Below are positions 1 to 8,648 of a stretch of 64,000 bases of DNA, piece after piece. Each line of letters begins with the position of its first letter. The stretch's first letter is position 1. The stretch is taken from assembly GCA_965208675.1 (NCBI GenBank), contig OZ242351.1:1696001-1760000 (forward strand), in the 5' to 3' direction. The notes beneath the pieces were generated by a model. That model saw nothing but the letters and a program-made list of their open reading frames with translations, searched no databases and was not told where the DNA came from. Position numbers and translations under genes: made by a program. Origin of the DNA: Candidatus Poribacteria bacterium (lineage in GTDB: Bacteria; Poribacteria; WGA-4E; PCPOR2b).

Positions 1-585
1 GTTGTCGTATCTCTTGGAACCGATTAACTGGTACCGCTTTTTACCACAGAACACAATTGCGCCGCTACCACCCATATTGTATTTGCCTTGCACAAAATGG
101 ATTTCATTTTTGTTGCCGTGCAACAAAGACATAAAAGTGTTCTTGAAGTCTTCTGGATGTTGCCCCTCGCCATCGTCATAAACAATCAGCGACGTATTTA
201 ACTTGGGACCATCGGCAATGATTTGGATGCTTTCGGATTGTTTTCTTCTCGCAGTAGGCAAATCCCAATCTTTGTGATTCTCGAAAAATTTTGATCTTGC
301 TTCTTCCATGGATTTTGGTGCGTGATCGGATTTCGGATCAATGCCGGCTTCAAGACATTTCTTCATCAAAACAGCGTCAATTGAGTTTGTAATCTTCTCT
401 ATTAGCGCGGCTATTGGAGTTGATTGCTGGTTTTCTATAACACCGAAGTTATTGTCGTTGGCCCCAAGCGGAGACCAATTTTTCTGCTGGAAATAATCAG
501 GGTAATTTCGGATGACTTTGTCAACCTCGCTTTCAGTCTGAGCAAAGTATAATTTCTCAAAAAGACTCTTCATTGTTAGTTTCAT
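1..585 (-). CDS. GHKL (Hsp90/MORC-like) ATPase domain protein; 3' part runs off the window
   Basis: Not in the ORF track because it is open at the window edge. Manual translation: MKLTMKSLFEKLYF...ALIEKITNSIDAVLM...VYDDGEGQHP...VQGKYNMGGSGAIVF. This gives Bergerat motifs ExxxNxxD, DxGxG and GxxxxG. A GAGG RBS lies upstream of ATG 585. Confidence 0.8.
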   Translation of the reverse strand, partial: MKLTMKSLFEKLYFAQTESEVDKVIRNYPDYFQQKNWSPLGANDNNFGVIENQQSTPIAALIEKITNSIDAVLMKKCLEAGIDPKSDHAPKSMEEARSKFFENHKDWDLPTARRKQSESIQIIADGPKLNTSLIVYDDGEGQHPEDFKNTFMSLLHGNKNEIHFVQGKYNMGGSGAIVFCGKKRYQLIGSKRYDN

Positions 586-623
586 AAAGCAAGCCTCTTA
601 AAACGGATGAATTAGAAATCGGG

Positions 624-1868
624 TCATGTAACACCTTTATTTGCATTGCATTTTTTACAGAGTGCTTGCCCATTATCAACAGTTGTTTCTCCGCCCTTGC
701 TATGAGGCGTGATATGGTCAGCTTCCATTTGATCAAACTCGATTTTCTTTTCGCATATCTGACAAGTCTCATTAGCCCGGTGCCAAATTACAAACCGTTC
801 GTCGGTGTTAAAGGCACGCTGAGGATCTTTCGGCATTAGATCTTGAGAATCTCTGATAAATCGTCTTTTATACACCTCATGTCGCTTTTCAATGTTCTGT
901 CTCACACCTGCTGAGCGAATAAATGCCTCAATATAATCATATAAATCTCTATCCCAATAGTTTTTGCCAGAAGAAAGCAACTCAGTGGGATCGGGCATAG
1001 CCGCCCGTCTTTCCTTTTCAAAGGCAACATAGAAATCTGCAAAATCCTCCTCTCGCCCGCCGATTACATAAGATTCATCCATTTTTGAAATCAACCAGTA
1101 AAAGTCCACGAAGCCCCACTTAATATCCATTTCACGCGGGCGATTCTTGAGTACTCTTGCCATGTATGCTAGATGACGTTTAACTCTTTTCGCAATACGC
1201 CCGTTGCTGGCAAAGTCCTGATTATCATTGTACATTTTTTTGAGGCTAGGAGCCTTAACATCCGTTGGGCCTTCCGCCATCTCCAAGCATGTTGCTATTG
1301 CGGCCAAGTCATGCCAGCCAAATCTCTTTTCAGAAAGAAAGGTTAATGGAAAAACACGCTCATTCTGCCCCAAGTTCGCTATGAAATCTCGTATATTGCC
1401 CGGCATAGCGTTTCGTTTCTCTACAGGGTTAAGAGTGAGTCCTTCCTGCAATCTTAAAAAAAGATCGCGTATTTCTAATTCTGACGCGTCTTCCACCTCG
1501 ACTAAACTAAGATCGAATAATCCAATCCGATCCTGCGCACCACTTTGCAAATCCAAGAATTTCTGACCTGATAAATCGCCAAAATCGGGAATATCTTTTG
1601 ATGTATCGCCTAACATATACTGATTGTCATAAAAATCCCAGATAGCACGGAGTCTCTGTTGCCCATCAACAACCTCGTGCTCATATTCGGAATCAGATTT
1701 GCGTAGGTAGAACTTCGGCATATCATATTGCCTAAGAATTGAGTCAATGAGAAGTTGCTTTTTCGTCTCACTCCAAACCGGGGTTCGTTGATATTGCGGT
1801 TTAGGGTTTATCCGTGGTTTCCTTCTTACGACTGTTTCAATCGTCCAATATAGTGGTCGAGTCTTCAT
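624..1868 (-). CDS. DUF262 (ParB/Srx-fold) + C-terminal HNH nuclease; GmrSD/SspE-like restriction effector
   Basis: N-terminal PQYQR...VW and VVDGQQRL motifs (DUF262). C-terminal CxxC...EADHITPHSKGG...NGQALCKKCN (HNH). Confidence 0.85.
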   Translation of the reverse strand: MKTRPLYWTIETVVRRKPRINPKPQYQRTPVWSETKKQLLIDSILRQYDMPKFYLRKSDSEYEHEVVDGQQRLRAIWDFYDNQYMLGDTSKDIPDFGDLSGQKFLDLQSGAQDRIGLFDLSLVEVEDASELEIRDLFLRLQEGLTLNPVEKRNAMPGNIRDFIANLGQNERVFPLTFLSEKRFGWHDLAAIATCLEMAEGPTDVKAPSLKKMYNDNQDFASNGRIAKRVKRHLAYMARVLKNRPREMDIKWGFVDFYWLISKMDESYVIGGREEDFADFYVAFEKERRAAMPDPTELLSSGKNYWDRDLYDYIEAFIRSAGVRQNIEKRHEVYKRRFIRDSQDLMPKDPQRAFNTDERFVIWHRANETCQICEKKIEFDQMEADHITPHSKGGETTVDNGQALCKKCNANKGVT

Positions 1869-1916
1869 AAATCATATACCCCCAATCATATAAATGGCCC
1901 TTGTGCAATAGAAGAA

Positions 1917-2750
1917 TCACAACTCACATATCAGGCACGGCTCCTCGTCATCCTCGTCATCAAGGACATCACCAAAAATTTCATGCAACGTACGATTTGG
2001 CTGGGCTGCTTTCGCTCGCGCCATGGCTTTGCCGTAGTTTTCTTTGATTTGCTTGATTCTTTCAGCTTCTGAAAGTTCTGTCAAGCTCTCGCCTTGACTC
2101 CAGGTGAATCTCTCACCCGTTTCGTCGTTAAACTTCTCGTAACCCTTAGCGAGTTCAAATAGGTCGGGGTGATTCTCCATTAACCCAACCCATTCGGCTT
2201 TGCGTTGGTAGAAGCAGAAGTAGCACCCGGAGCGGGTTCTCCATTTGTAGTATTCCGGTAAACCGAGACCGCTTTCCTCTAATATCCGATAGACATCAGT
2301 TTCGGTAATACCGTCCTCTTTGAAAGGATATTTGGGTTCAATGTTCCGGAGTGCAAGGGTCTTTAGGGGTTTGTAACCGACACGGTCTTCGTCGGCGCGG
2401 ATGGCGACGTAGTTGTAAGCGAAATCATCGCCGACAAATTCCTCAAAGGGTTTAATTTTGAGCAGGCGTGTACACCAGCGCACCTGAGCCGATGGCAGCA
2501 GTCCGCCGAATACCGAGAGCCAATGGTCGAATTCGCGCTCGGCGTTAAGGCGTTCAACCTTCTTGCCCAGAAACGCTTCCAACCGATCGAGAAATTCGTA
2601 AGTCTCCGGTAGTTCTTTTCCGGTGTCGCAGAATGCGTATTCCATATCCGGTACTTTGTCCCGCATGTATACTGCGAGTGCGGAGCTATCTTTGCCGCCG
2701 GAGAGGCCGAGGATGTGGCGTCTGGTTTGTTCTGTGGAATCGTTTATCAT
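1917..2750 (-). CDS. sspD: PAPS-reductase-family protein, SspD-like phosphorothioation subunit
   Basis: PP-loop SGGKDS, DTGxE, RWCT, SGCYFC and a terminal CxxC. Syntenic with DUF4007 and the large ATPase. Confidence 0.8.
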   Translation of the reverse strand: MINDSTEQTRRHILGLSGGKDSSALAVYMRDKVPDMEYAFCDTGKELPETYEFLDRLEAFLGKKVERLNAEREFDHWLSVFGGLLPSAQVRWCTRLLKIKPFEEFVGDDFAYNYVAIRADEDRVGYKPLKTLALRNIEPKYPFKEDGITETDVYRILEESGLGLPEYYKWRTRSGCYFCFYQRKAEWVGLMENHPDLFELAKGYEKFNDETGERFTWSQGESLTELSEAERIKQIKENYGKAMARAKAAQPNRTLHEIFGDVLDDEDDEEPCLICEL

Positions 2751-2871
2751 TGGTTTGTTCTCTGCTATTTACGCAGTTGTCGCGGTTAAACTCCCAAAAC
2801 CCCCTTGTTAAGGCTTACTAATACCCACAAGTCACTGGAGGTAGATTGGTCTATGTTGGTGCTAAGCTCCC

Positions 2872-3131
2872 GTAGGTTGGGTTGAGCGGTGTTAACGAAC
2901 CAACGCATGAATGCCGCGTGCATTACGTGTTTTGATTGCGTTCAAAATTTGAACTGATGAAGCGTAACCCAACGTTTTTTGTTAAATGGGCAGTGTATCT
3001 TTGACCGATGGTGCCAGTATACGAAAAGCGTTGGGTTACGCTCCACGAAATCTGCCAGCCACGTCGTACAGAAATCAGAACAAATCTTGACGCAGCATTG
3101 CTTTTGGGGTTTCCCGCTTAACCCAACCTAC
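2872..3131. repeat. REP/MITE-like element with nested inverted repeats
   Basis: Outer IR GTAGGTTGGGTTGAGCGG (2872) / CCGCTTAACCCAACCTAC (ends 3131), 17/18 match. Inner IR AGCGTAACCCAACG (2961) / CGTTGGGTTACGCT (ends 3042). GTAG termini. Confidence 0.8.
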
Positions 3132-3216
3132 AAGAACTAATCGTTGCCTTGTAGCCCCAGCGGGGCGGCATGTGTATAGCAACGCCGCAATTCTACACCT
3201 TCAAGCCCCATCGTGG

Positions 3217-3252
3217 GATCAAGCGAGCGGATAGCGAGTGCGATAGAAATCC
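3217..3252. repeat. Dispersed 36-bp repeat, copy 1
   Basis: GATCAAGCGAGCGGATAGCGAGTGCGATAGAAATCC; 33/36 identical to 55031-55066. Confidence 0.75.
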
Positions 3253-3368
3253 TCAAGGTATATAAGTTCAGTCTCTGGCATCTTGCCCAATGCTTAACCC
3301 ATAGCCGAAGAATTGATTGAACTGCGTAAGCCCTAATTGTATCATGAGGAGATAGGATCTTCAAACCC

Positions 3369-3635
3369 CTAGTTACATGCGTTCTGGCTGGCTTGTTCAT
3401 ACATTTGGAAATCAACACCGAAGGGAAGTGTGATGTCTGCTTCCTGTTTGGCGAAGTGATGCGAAAAATCAATGATTGTAAAGCCGATTAACCGTTTGGT
3501 TTCGGGATCAAGACGCAGAATCACATCTTCGGAGTACTCAACATAGTCTGTGAATTCCGGTGTCCCACAAGTGACATACAGAACGTCGGCTTCTCGGTCA
3601 TAAAAGATTTTCATGCTGTCTTTGTTTCTAATCAT
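3369..3635 (-). CDS. DUF2283-family small protein (putative antitoxin); alternative start 3614
   Basis: MKIFYDREADVLYV...VILRLDPETKRLIGFTI matches the DUF2283 pattern. Confidence 0.75.
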   Translation of the reverse strand: MIRNKDSMKIFYDREADVLYVTCGTPEFTDYVEYSEDVILRLDPETKRLIGFTIIDFSHHFAKQEADITLPFGVDFQMYEQASQNACN

Positions 3636-3729
3636 GTTATCCGCTTTTCGTTAGAATTCACTCAGGTATATGGAAGATGACCGCTCCGTGAATTCGAGCA
3701 ATTTTCCTTTCAGTTGTAATTTACTGAAG

Positions 3730-3801
3730 AAGGAATCGACCGATTGATAATCGAGGCTAGGAAGCCTCTCCTACAAACCAATGAGTAAATGTATAATTTT
3801 G
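3730..3801. repeat. Dispersed REP-like repeat (GATAATCGAGGCTAGGAAGCCTCTCCTACA family)
   Basis: Near-identical copies at about 13407-13465 and 16993-17046; diverged copy at about 15013-15042. Confidence 0.8.
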
Positions 3802-3820
3802 GTTGCGATGGCTTTACATG

Positions 3821-4057
3821 TCAAGCTTTATCCTCAGGATCAGGAAGTACCTCTCTGTTTGCTTTGGTCGCTCGAATCAGAATCCGCAGTGCCTCATTCA
3901 CAGATGCCACGTCTGGAAACACCGGGGCAACATCAGGTTCTAGCTGTAAAACAAGCCTACCAGAGTGCTTTCGCTCAGGTCCCATCTTCCTCACTTGCAG
4001 GTCACTCAAGTGATATTCCGGTCGAAGTTTATCTTGCATTGTGCTCTTACCTGCCAT
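3821..4057 (-). CDS. Small antitoxin-like protein (BrnA-like, 'LRPEY...LEPDVAxVFPDxxSVNEALR' family)
   Basis: Motif recalled from antitoxins usually paired with BrnT-type toxins. ATG lies 4 nt after the sspC stop. Confidence 0.6.
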   Translation of the reverse strand: MAGKSTMQDKLRPEYHLSDLQVRKMGPERKHSGRLVLQLEPDVAPVFPDVASVNEALRILIRATKANREVLPDPEDKA

Positions 4058-4061
4058 TAAT

Positions 4062-7000
4062 TTATTCTTTCGCTGTCTGGTCTTCAATTTGCTCCATCAA
4101 TTTTCTTGAGATTCGCGCAAGAACGGCGAGGCGAAGTTCTGCATCTCCATCGGCATCATAGGCGTCGAAAACTCTCTCAATTACGCGTTCGATGTATTTC
4201 GCTTGTTCCTCGGCGGTCGGAGGTATTGATATGACACGTTCTTGCTCCTTTGCTGTGAGCGTGGTGATGCCGACGCGCATGACTTCCCCTGCGCTATCCG
4301 CAAATCCATCGGATTGGTTGTGCCGCTCAAATGATACGACTTCAAAGTGGTGAAACTTCCGTGCAAGTTCGGAGAGGTTCATCTCGAACTGGGTTGTATC
4401 GGAATCGTTCCACGATGCCGGAGGCTTTTGGACTATATAGGTGCCGATGGCTTCAAGCCAGTTCTTGAAATCAAGTTCACCATCACAGACTCGAATAAGA
4501 AAACCCTTGAGTTTTGTCTCAATGGTTAACTCCAGCAGCGGTTCGGCTCGCCTATTGAGTTCCACCTGAATCGTCTCGGTGGATCCTTTCAAAGAGAATG
4601 CTGAAGCAAGGAGTTGTGCGAGCGAAGTCAATAAGTCGTCATAAGCCCGATTTAGCTCAGACAATACTCTGCGCAATGTATTGAAAAATTTGCCAACAGT
4701 CGTGGAGTCCATTTCTTCGTACGGACCAAACGCATCAAACCCGAGTGCTTGAGGCAATTGAACGAACAGAAGTGTGTCCGGTTCTCGCGCATCGCTTACG
4801 GTTTTCCGCAATTCGATTGCTTCGCGGCTCAGTTCGTGAGTGAGCATCGTGTACCGCGGCAGCTTGGCGACGAAACGGACGAGCGGCTTAACGACAGCTA
4901 ACAGGTTCGGTTGCCCGGTTGTGGGCGTCGGCTGCGAAAGCAGTCCCAAGAATTGCGTGAACACGTCAGATCGAAGTCCTGTCATTCGAAATCGCTTGAG
5001 TTCAAATTTTTCCGGCGACTTGATTAGCCGCTCAAAAACTGCGGACGAGATGTCCGTGACAAAGGAACCATCTTCATAGAGTGCGATTTCGGATTCGTAA
5101 TGCAGCAAAACTGCGCACAGCAGGATAGGTACGGGGCCATTTCGCAGACCGATTGGAGGTTTTTCTAAGCGGTGGTAGAGGTTTGAGATTCGTTGACGCT
5201 CTAACTCACATTCGTCAAGAAACGTCTCAATGGCTGACCACGCAAAAGAGATGCCGCCTCGTTCGTCAATTCTTGGTGGATGAAATCCCCATTCACCAGA
5301 CTCTTTGCGATGTATACCGGTGTCCGATAGTAGTGAGAGGTAAACGCTCAACTCGGGAGGATAGCCCTCAATGCCGAGGTTTGCTTGATTTGCGGATTCA
5401 AGCATTGCGGCGATGAGCATTCTTCGCGCGCGTGCGGCGGAATGAGACAGACGTCGTTGATTGATGAGTTCGTTACGGATGATTGGCGCCTTGTCGTACA
5501 CAGTATCGCAAATCCTAGAGAGGTATTCATTCAACTCTCGCCTCGTCGCTACCTGTACGGCATTGCCGCGATAATACCAAGTACATTTTCCTCCGTCCTG
5601 TACGGCGATGTTTGAACCGAAGAGGGATGTCAACTGGTCAGATACGGCTCGTTCTGCCTCCGTTGTGCGCGCCTCAAGTTCTCGCCGCGCCGTGGCGTCG
5701 CCATCAAGTTCGGGTGTTTTATCTTTAACCCAGCGCAAACGCGCTAGTTCAACGACAGCCTTCTGCAGGGGACCGATAGAATGAGGAATCGCGACGATTA
5801 CATCGTTTCGATTGGCGACGGATGCGTTGGCTGCTTTCTTCGCGAGTGTCTCGGCTTCAGATTCGCTTACTGGAAGCGTGTAGAGAATTAAACCGTCGGC
5901 ATCGTCTAATGGTGCATTAAGATCTGATTCAAACCGTCCAACATCAGTGTATCGAACCACGAAATACCGCAACGTCCCGGTCAAATGGAGATGCCGTCGG
6001 GCAATGAGGGGTCGGGGCGGCAGCAGCGACGCAATGGTGGACGCCAATCCTTGATTTAAGTCAAACTGCGCAGCGGCTTCGGCGAGGCGCGATTCAATGT
6101 CGATGTCGCTTCCTTCCCAGAGGGCGAAGGCGTCGTTATACCGGCGGTAAATCGAGATTGACCGCTTTACCAATGCTGACAGGGCGTGCTCAAATTCTTG
6201 AGAGAAAGTATGCGTGCCATCGTCAAGCGCATATTTGAGTAGGGGTTTTGAGCACTTCAGATTTGCGCTCACCTCCCCGACGACGCCGAGCAGACCGATT
6301 GTTTTTATAAGTTTCACAGTCATCGGCGACGGGTTCGGCAATCGCGAGATTGCGGCTGCAATTCCCGCCCACTTTTTACCCTCGCTAGCGGTATACAGGC
6401 GGTTCCCAAGGGCGATGTTGATATAGTCGTACAAATCGGGGAGCGAAAAGAGCGGCAACCGGTTGCCGTCGTATGCATGGGTTACAAGAAAATCTTGTAG
6501 TCCGTGGGGTTCGGCGGAGTTTAGCAGGGCGAACAAGGAGCGTTCGTTTTGCGCGAATCGGCGGAAAAGTGAACCGACCATGAGTGCGACAGTCGGGTGA
6601 AGCGGCAGACAGTTTTCAAGGATTTGTAGAAATTCAGAGGTAGTAAGCTGGCGCGGTTTGAGTTCTAAATCTACCGAATCGGTGAGAAAGCTACGTGTGT
6701 TATCTAGAACCTGCGGTGGAGTGACATCTCTTTCAATCGCGTTCCCAATCAGGCGGAGCACCTGTTCTGCCGGTTCCATGAAGGCGACATCCTCGAAACG
6801 GCCTTGAATTTTCGCCCACTCCTCGCGTTGGGAATTTCCCATTCGCTGTGCGTAATGTTCAAAGGCTTGATGAAGGATTGTCAGTAGGAATAGGGGGGTT
6901 CCTTCGCTTCTCGCCGCAAATTCTGCGAGGCTCTGCAGGACGAACACGTCCCCTTGGGACGGGTGTTGCGCCGCATATTCGAGGAACTTGCCAAGCTCAT

Positions 7001-7607
7001 CGACGACGAGTATCAGCCCAGCGCCGCCTGCCGCGCCAATCTGTAGCGTTGCCGATTCAAAAAGATCTGTGATTTCGGACGCGGCGGCAGGAGTTCCGTT
7101 AGCCCCGGCGTCCAAGCATTCTTCGACCTCGGAGACTAGGGCACGAATCTCTGAGCTATTGCTGTCGAATTGGGCGAGACCTTTTGCTAGGCCACGCAGC
7201 AAACTGGTTGTGATGGGGGCACGTTCGCCGGAGATAAGGACAGGACAGAAACCTCGCTCCCTCTGCCGTCTGGCACGCACCTCGTCGAACCGATCGCATA
7301 GGACGATATCCCCGCGTTCTAGCAGATTCAGTGCACCTTGGGTGGACGGTGAATGCGGGTCTCCGAGCAGTTTGGCGGCAAAAAGCGCGAATGCGGATTT
7401 TCCCGAGCCGTAGGGGCCCGTAAGGGACCAGGCTTTGGTCTCGGCGCTGTTCTCAAGTGCGGAAATCAGACGCCGCAGTGTTTCGCGTGCGGTGACGGTT
7501 ACGACGTAGCCATCAAGCGAGTTTTCGGCATAGAAGTCGCGTTCAAGGTGAACCGATCGGCGAAATCGCCCGGTGACCTGAAAGAACTCGGAGAGTGGTT
7601 TGTTCAT
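4062..7607 (-). CDS. sspC: Large P-loop ATPase, SspC-like
   Basis: N-terminal RFRRSVHLERD, Walker A GPYGSGKS, Walker B LVVDELGKFLE, WxKIQGRF and AQNERSLF. 1181 aa, located between DUF4007 and the PAPS reductase. Confidence 0.8.
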   Translation of the reverse strand: MNKPLSEFFQVTGRFRRSVHLERDFYAENSLDGYVVTVTARETLRRLISALENSAETKAWSLTGPYGSGKSAFALFAAKLLGDPHSPSTQGALNLLERGDIVLCDRFDEVRARRQRERGFCPVLISGERAPITTSLLRGLAKGLAQFDSNSSEIRALVSEVEECLDAGANGTPAAASEITDLFESATLQIGAAGGAGLILVVDELGKFLEYAAQHPSQGDVFVLQSLAEFAARSEGTPLFLLTILHQAFEHYAQRMGNSQREEWAKIQGRFEDVAFMEPAEQVLRLIGNAIERDVTPPQVLDNTRSFLTDSVDLELKPRQLTTSEFLQILENCLPLHPTVALMVGSLFRRFAQNERSLFALLNSAEPHGLQDFLVTHAYDGNRLPLFSLPDLYDYINIALGNRLYTASEGKKWAGIAAAISRLPNPSPMTVKLIKTIGLLGVVGEVSANLKCSKPLLKYALDDGTHTFSQEFEHALSALVKRSISIYRRYNDAFALWEGSDIDIESRLAEAAAQFDLNQGLASTIASLLPPRPLIARRHLHLTGTLRYFVVRYTDVGRFESDLNAPLDDADGLILYTLPVSESEAETLAKKAANASVANRNDVIVAIPHSIGPLQKAVVELARLRWVKDKTPELDGDATARRELEARTTEAERAVSDQLTSLFGSNIAVQDGGKCTWYYRGNAVQVATRRELNEYLSRICDTVYDKAPIIRNELINQRRLSHSAARARRMLIAAMLESANQANLGIEGYPPELSVYLSLLSDTGIHRKESGEWGFHPPRIDERGGISFAWSAIETFLDECELERQRISNLYHRLEKPPIGLRNGPVPILLCAVLLHYESEIALYEDGSFVTDISSAVFERLIKSPEKFELKRFRMTGLRSDVFTQFLGLLSQPTPTTGQPNLLAVVKPLVRFVAKLPRYTMLTHELSREAIELRKTVSDAREPDTLLFVQLPQALGFDAFGPYEEMDSTTVGKFFNTLRRVLSELNRAYDDLLTSLAQLLASAFSLKGSTETIQVELNRRAEPLLELTIETKLKGFLIRVCDGELDFKNWLEAIGTYIVQKPPASWNDSDTTQFEMNLSELARKFHHFEVVSFERHNQSDGFADSAGEVMRVGITTLTAKEQERVISIPPTAEEQAKYIERVIERVFDAYDADGDAELRLAVLARISRKLMEQIEDQTAKE

Positions 7608-7689
7608 AGTGGTTAGCAGGTAGTGTAGAGTTTATGCCTTTAATTATAGTCACTGCAATTAAAAATTACACATATGAATCCAATCAAAA

Positions 7690-8045
7690 ACGGGTGTTAA
7701 CCCCCCTAGCCCCCCTTATCAGGGGGGTATGGGAATTTGTGTAAATTTCAATGTAAATGGCTATATTACCCACGTCTCAATGGTTGTGTATCATGCTTTT
7801 CAGAAACAGCGATTTATCGGAAATATCCACATACCGCTCCGCTGGAAGCGAGAGTGATAATCTCCGGAAGACTATCGCCCTCGTTATTCACTCGATTGAT
7901 CCTTCCCTATTCGGTCAGTTGATCCTCCTTGGTAAGGAGGGGAATAAAACAGAAAAATTCTCCCCCTTGCCAAGGGGGAGTTAGAGGGGGTCTGTCAAAT
8001 CGTCGATTCAACCTCCCCTAACCCCTCCTTGGTAAGGAGGGGAAT
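7690..8045. repeat. Cluster of CCCCT(A)A(C)CCCCTT-n-AAGGGGG hairpin repeats plus a fragment of the 220-bp unit
   Basis: Hairpins near 7700-7730, 7960-7990 and 8012-8043. 7868-7925 (AAGACTATCGCCCTC...CCCTATTCGGTCAGTTGATC) matches part of the 12751-13410 units. 7690-7765 resembles 14682-14755. Confidence 0.7.
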
Positions 8046-8092
8046 GATTATTGATAGAACCGACAAGGCGTTCCTAGTGTAGGAGCGGTATG

Positions 8093-8242
8093 CTACGCCA
8101 CAGGATCTTCGTCAAGCGACTCAGCCGTTATTTCGTTGATTTGAAGTGTTTGAACCCTCATTCGTGCACGCTCTGATACTTCCTCGAGTATCCCCTCTTC
8201 GCGGAGAAAATCATCGAAGTTACTACCGCTATACTTGTTCAT
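8093..8242 (-). CDS. Short or truncated XRE-type antitoxin-like peptide (49 aa)
   Basis: MNKYSGSNFDDFLREEGILEEV matches the recalled N-terminus of 'GSxFDDFLxEEG' HTH antitoxins, but no HTH follows. Confidence 0.55.
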   Translation of the reverse strand: MNKYSGSNFDDFLREEGILEEVSERARMRVQTLQINEITAESLDEDPVA

Positions 8243-8250
8243 CCGAAAAC

Positions 8251-8643
8251 CTACCACAGTTCTCTGTCTTTCAGATGAGGTCTTAGGTGGTCTATTGCGG
8301 GGACGAGGCAATTCAACATCTCCGTATATTTTGCGTCGAGAGATTCATCTTCCAACCTAACGTTCAGTAACCGATCGCCCAAATCATTTAGAACCACTTC
8401 GAGTGAGTCAGGGTCTTGATTACCGTTGATAGATAGCACTCTCAACCAGTTTTTCGGTTCGATTTTAGTACGCCGAACGAAATCGCTTACTCCGCCCTGT
8501 GCTTCGATGACGTTTCGAAGTCCTATTAGACATCCGAACGTATCGCCGTCATTCTGGTATTCTTCGAGTACGACTTGAAGATAACCGATTGCCTCCTTAA
8601 GGTCGGAAAGTTCCTTCATCCGGTAATCGTGATAATTTATCAT
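8251..8643 (-). CDS. Addiction-module antidote protein (HI1420-like HTH antitoxin)
   Basis: YLQVVLEE...DGD...LRNVIEAQGGVSDFVRRTKI...LSINGN pattern; starts 5 nt after the sspB stop. Confidence 0.7.
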   Translation of the reverse strand: MINYHDYRMKELSDLKEAIGYLQVVLEEYQNDGDTFGCLIGLRNVIEAQGGVSDFVRRTKIEPKNWLRVLSINGNQDPDSLEVVLNDLGDRLLNVRLEDESLDAKYTEMLNCLVPAIDHLRPHLKDRELW

Positions 8644-8648
8644 TGTCT

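Noticed and set aside
1917-2750. Sulfate-assimilation cysH
   Set aside because: No cys genes are nearby and the context is a defence locus.
2764-3340. Large old MITE enclosing the 2872 element, with its right end at 3323-3335
   Set aside because: There are two weak candidate left ends (about 2768 and 2809) and only a 4/5 flank match, so the boundaries cannot be supported.
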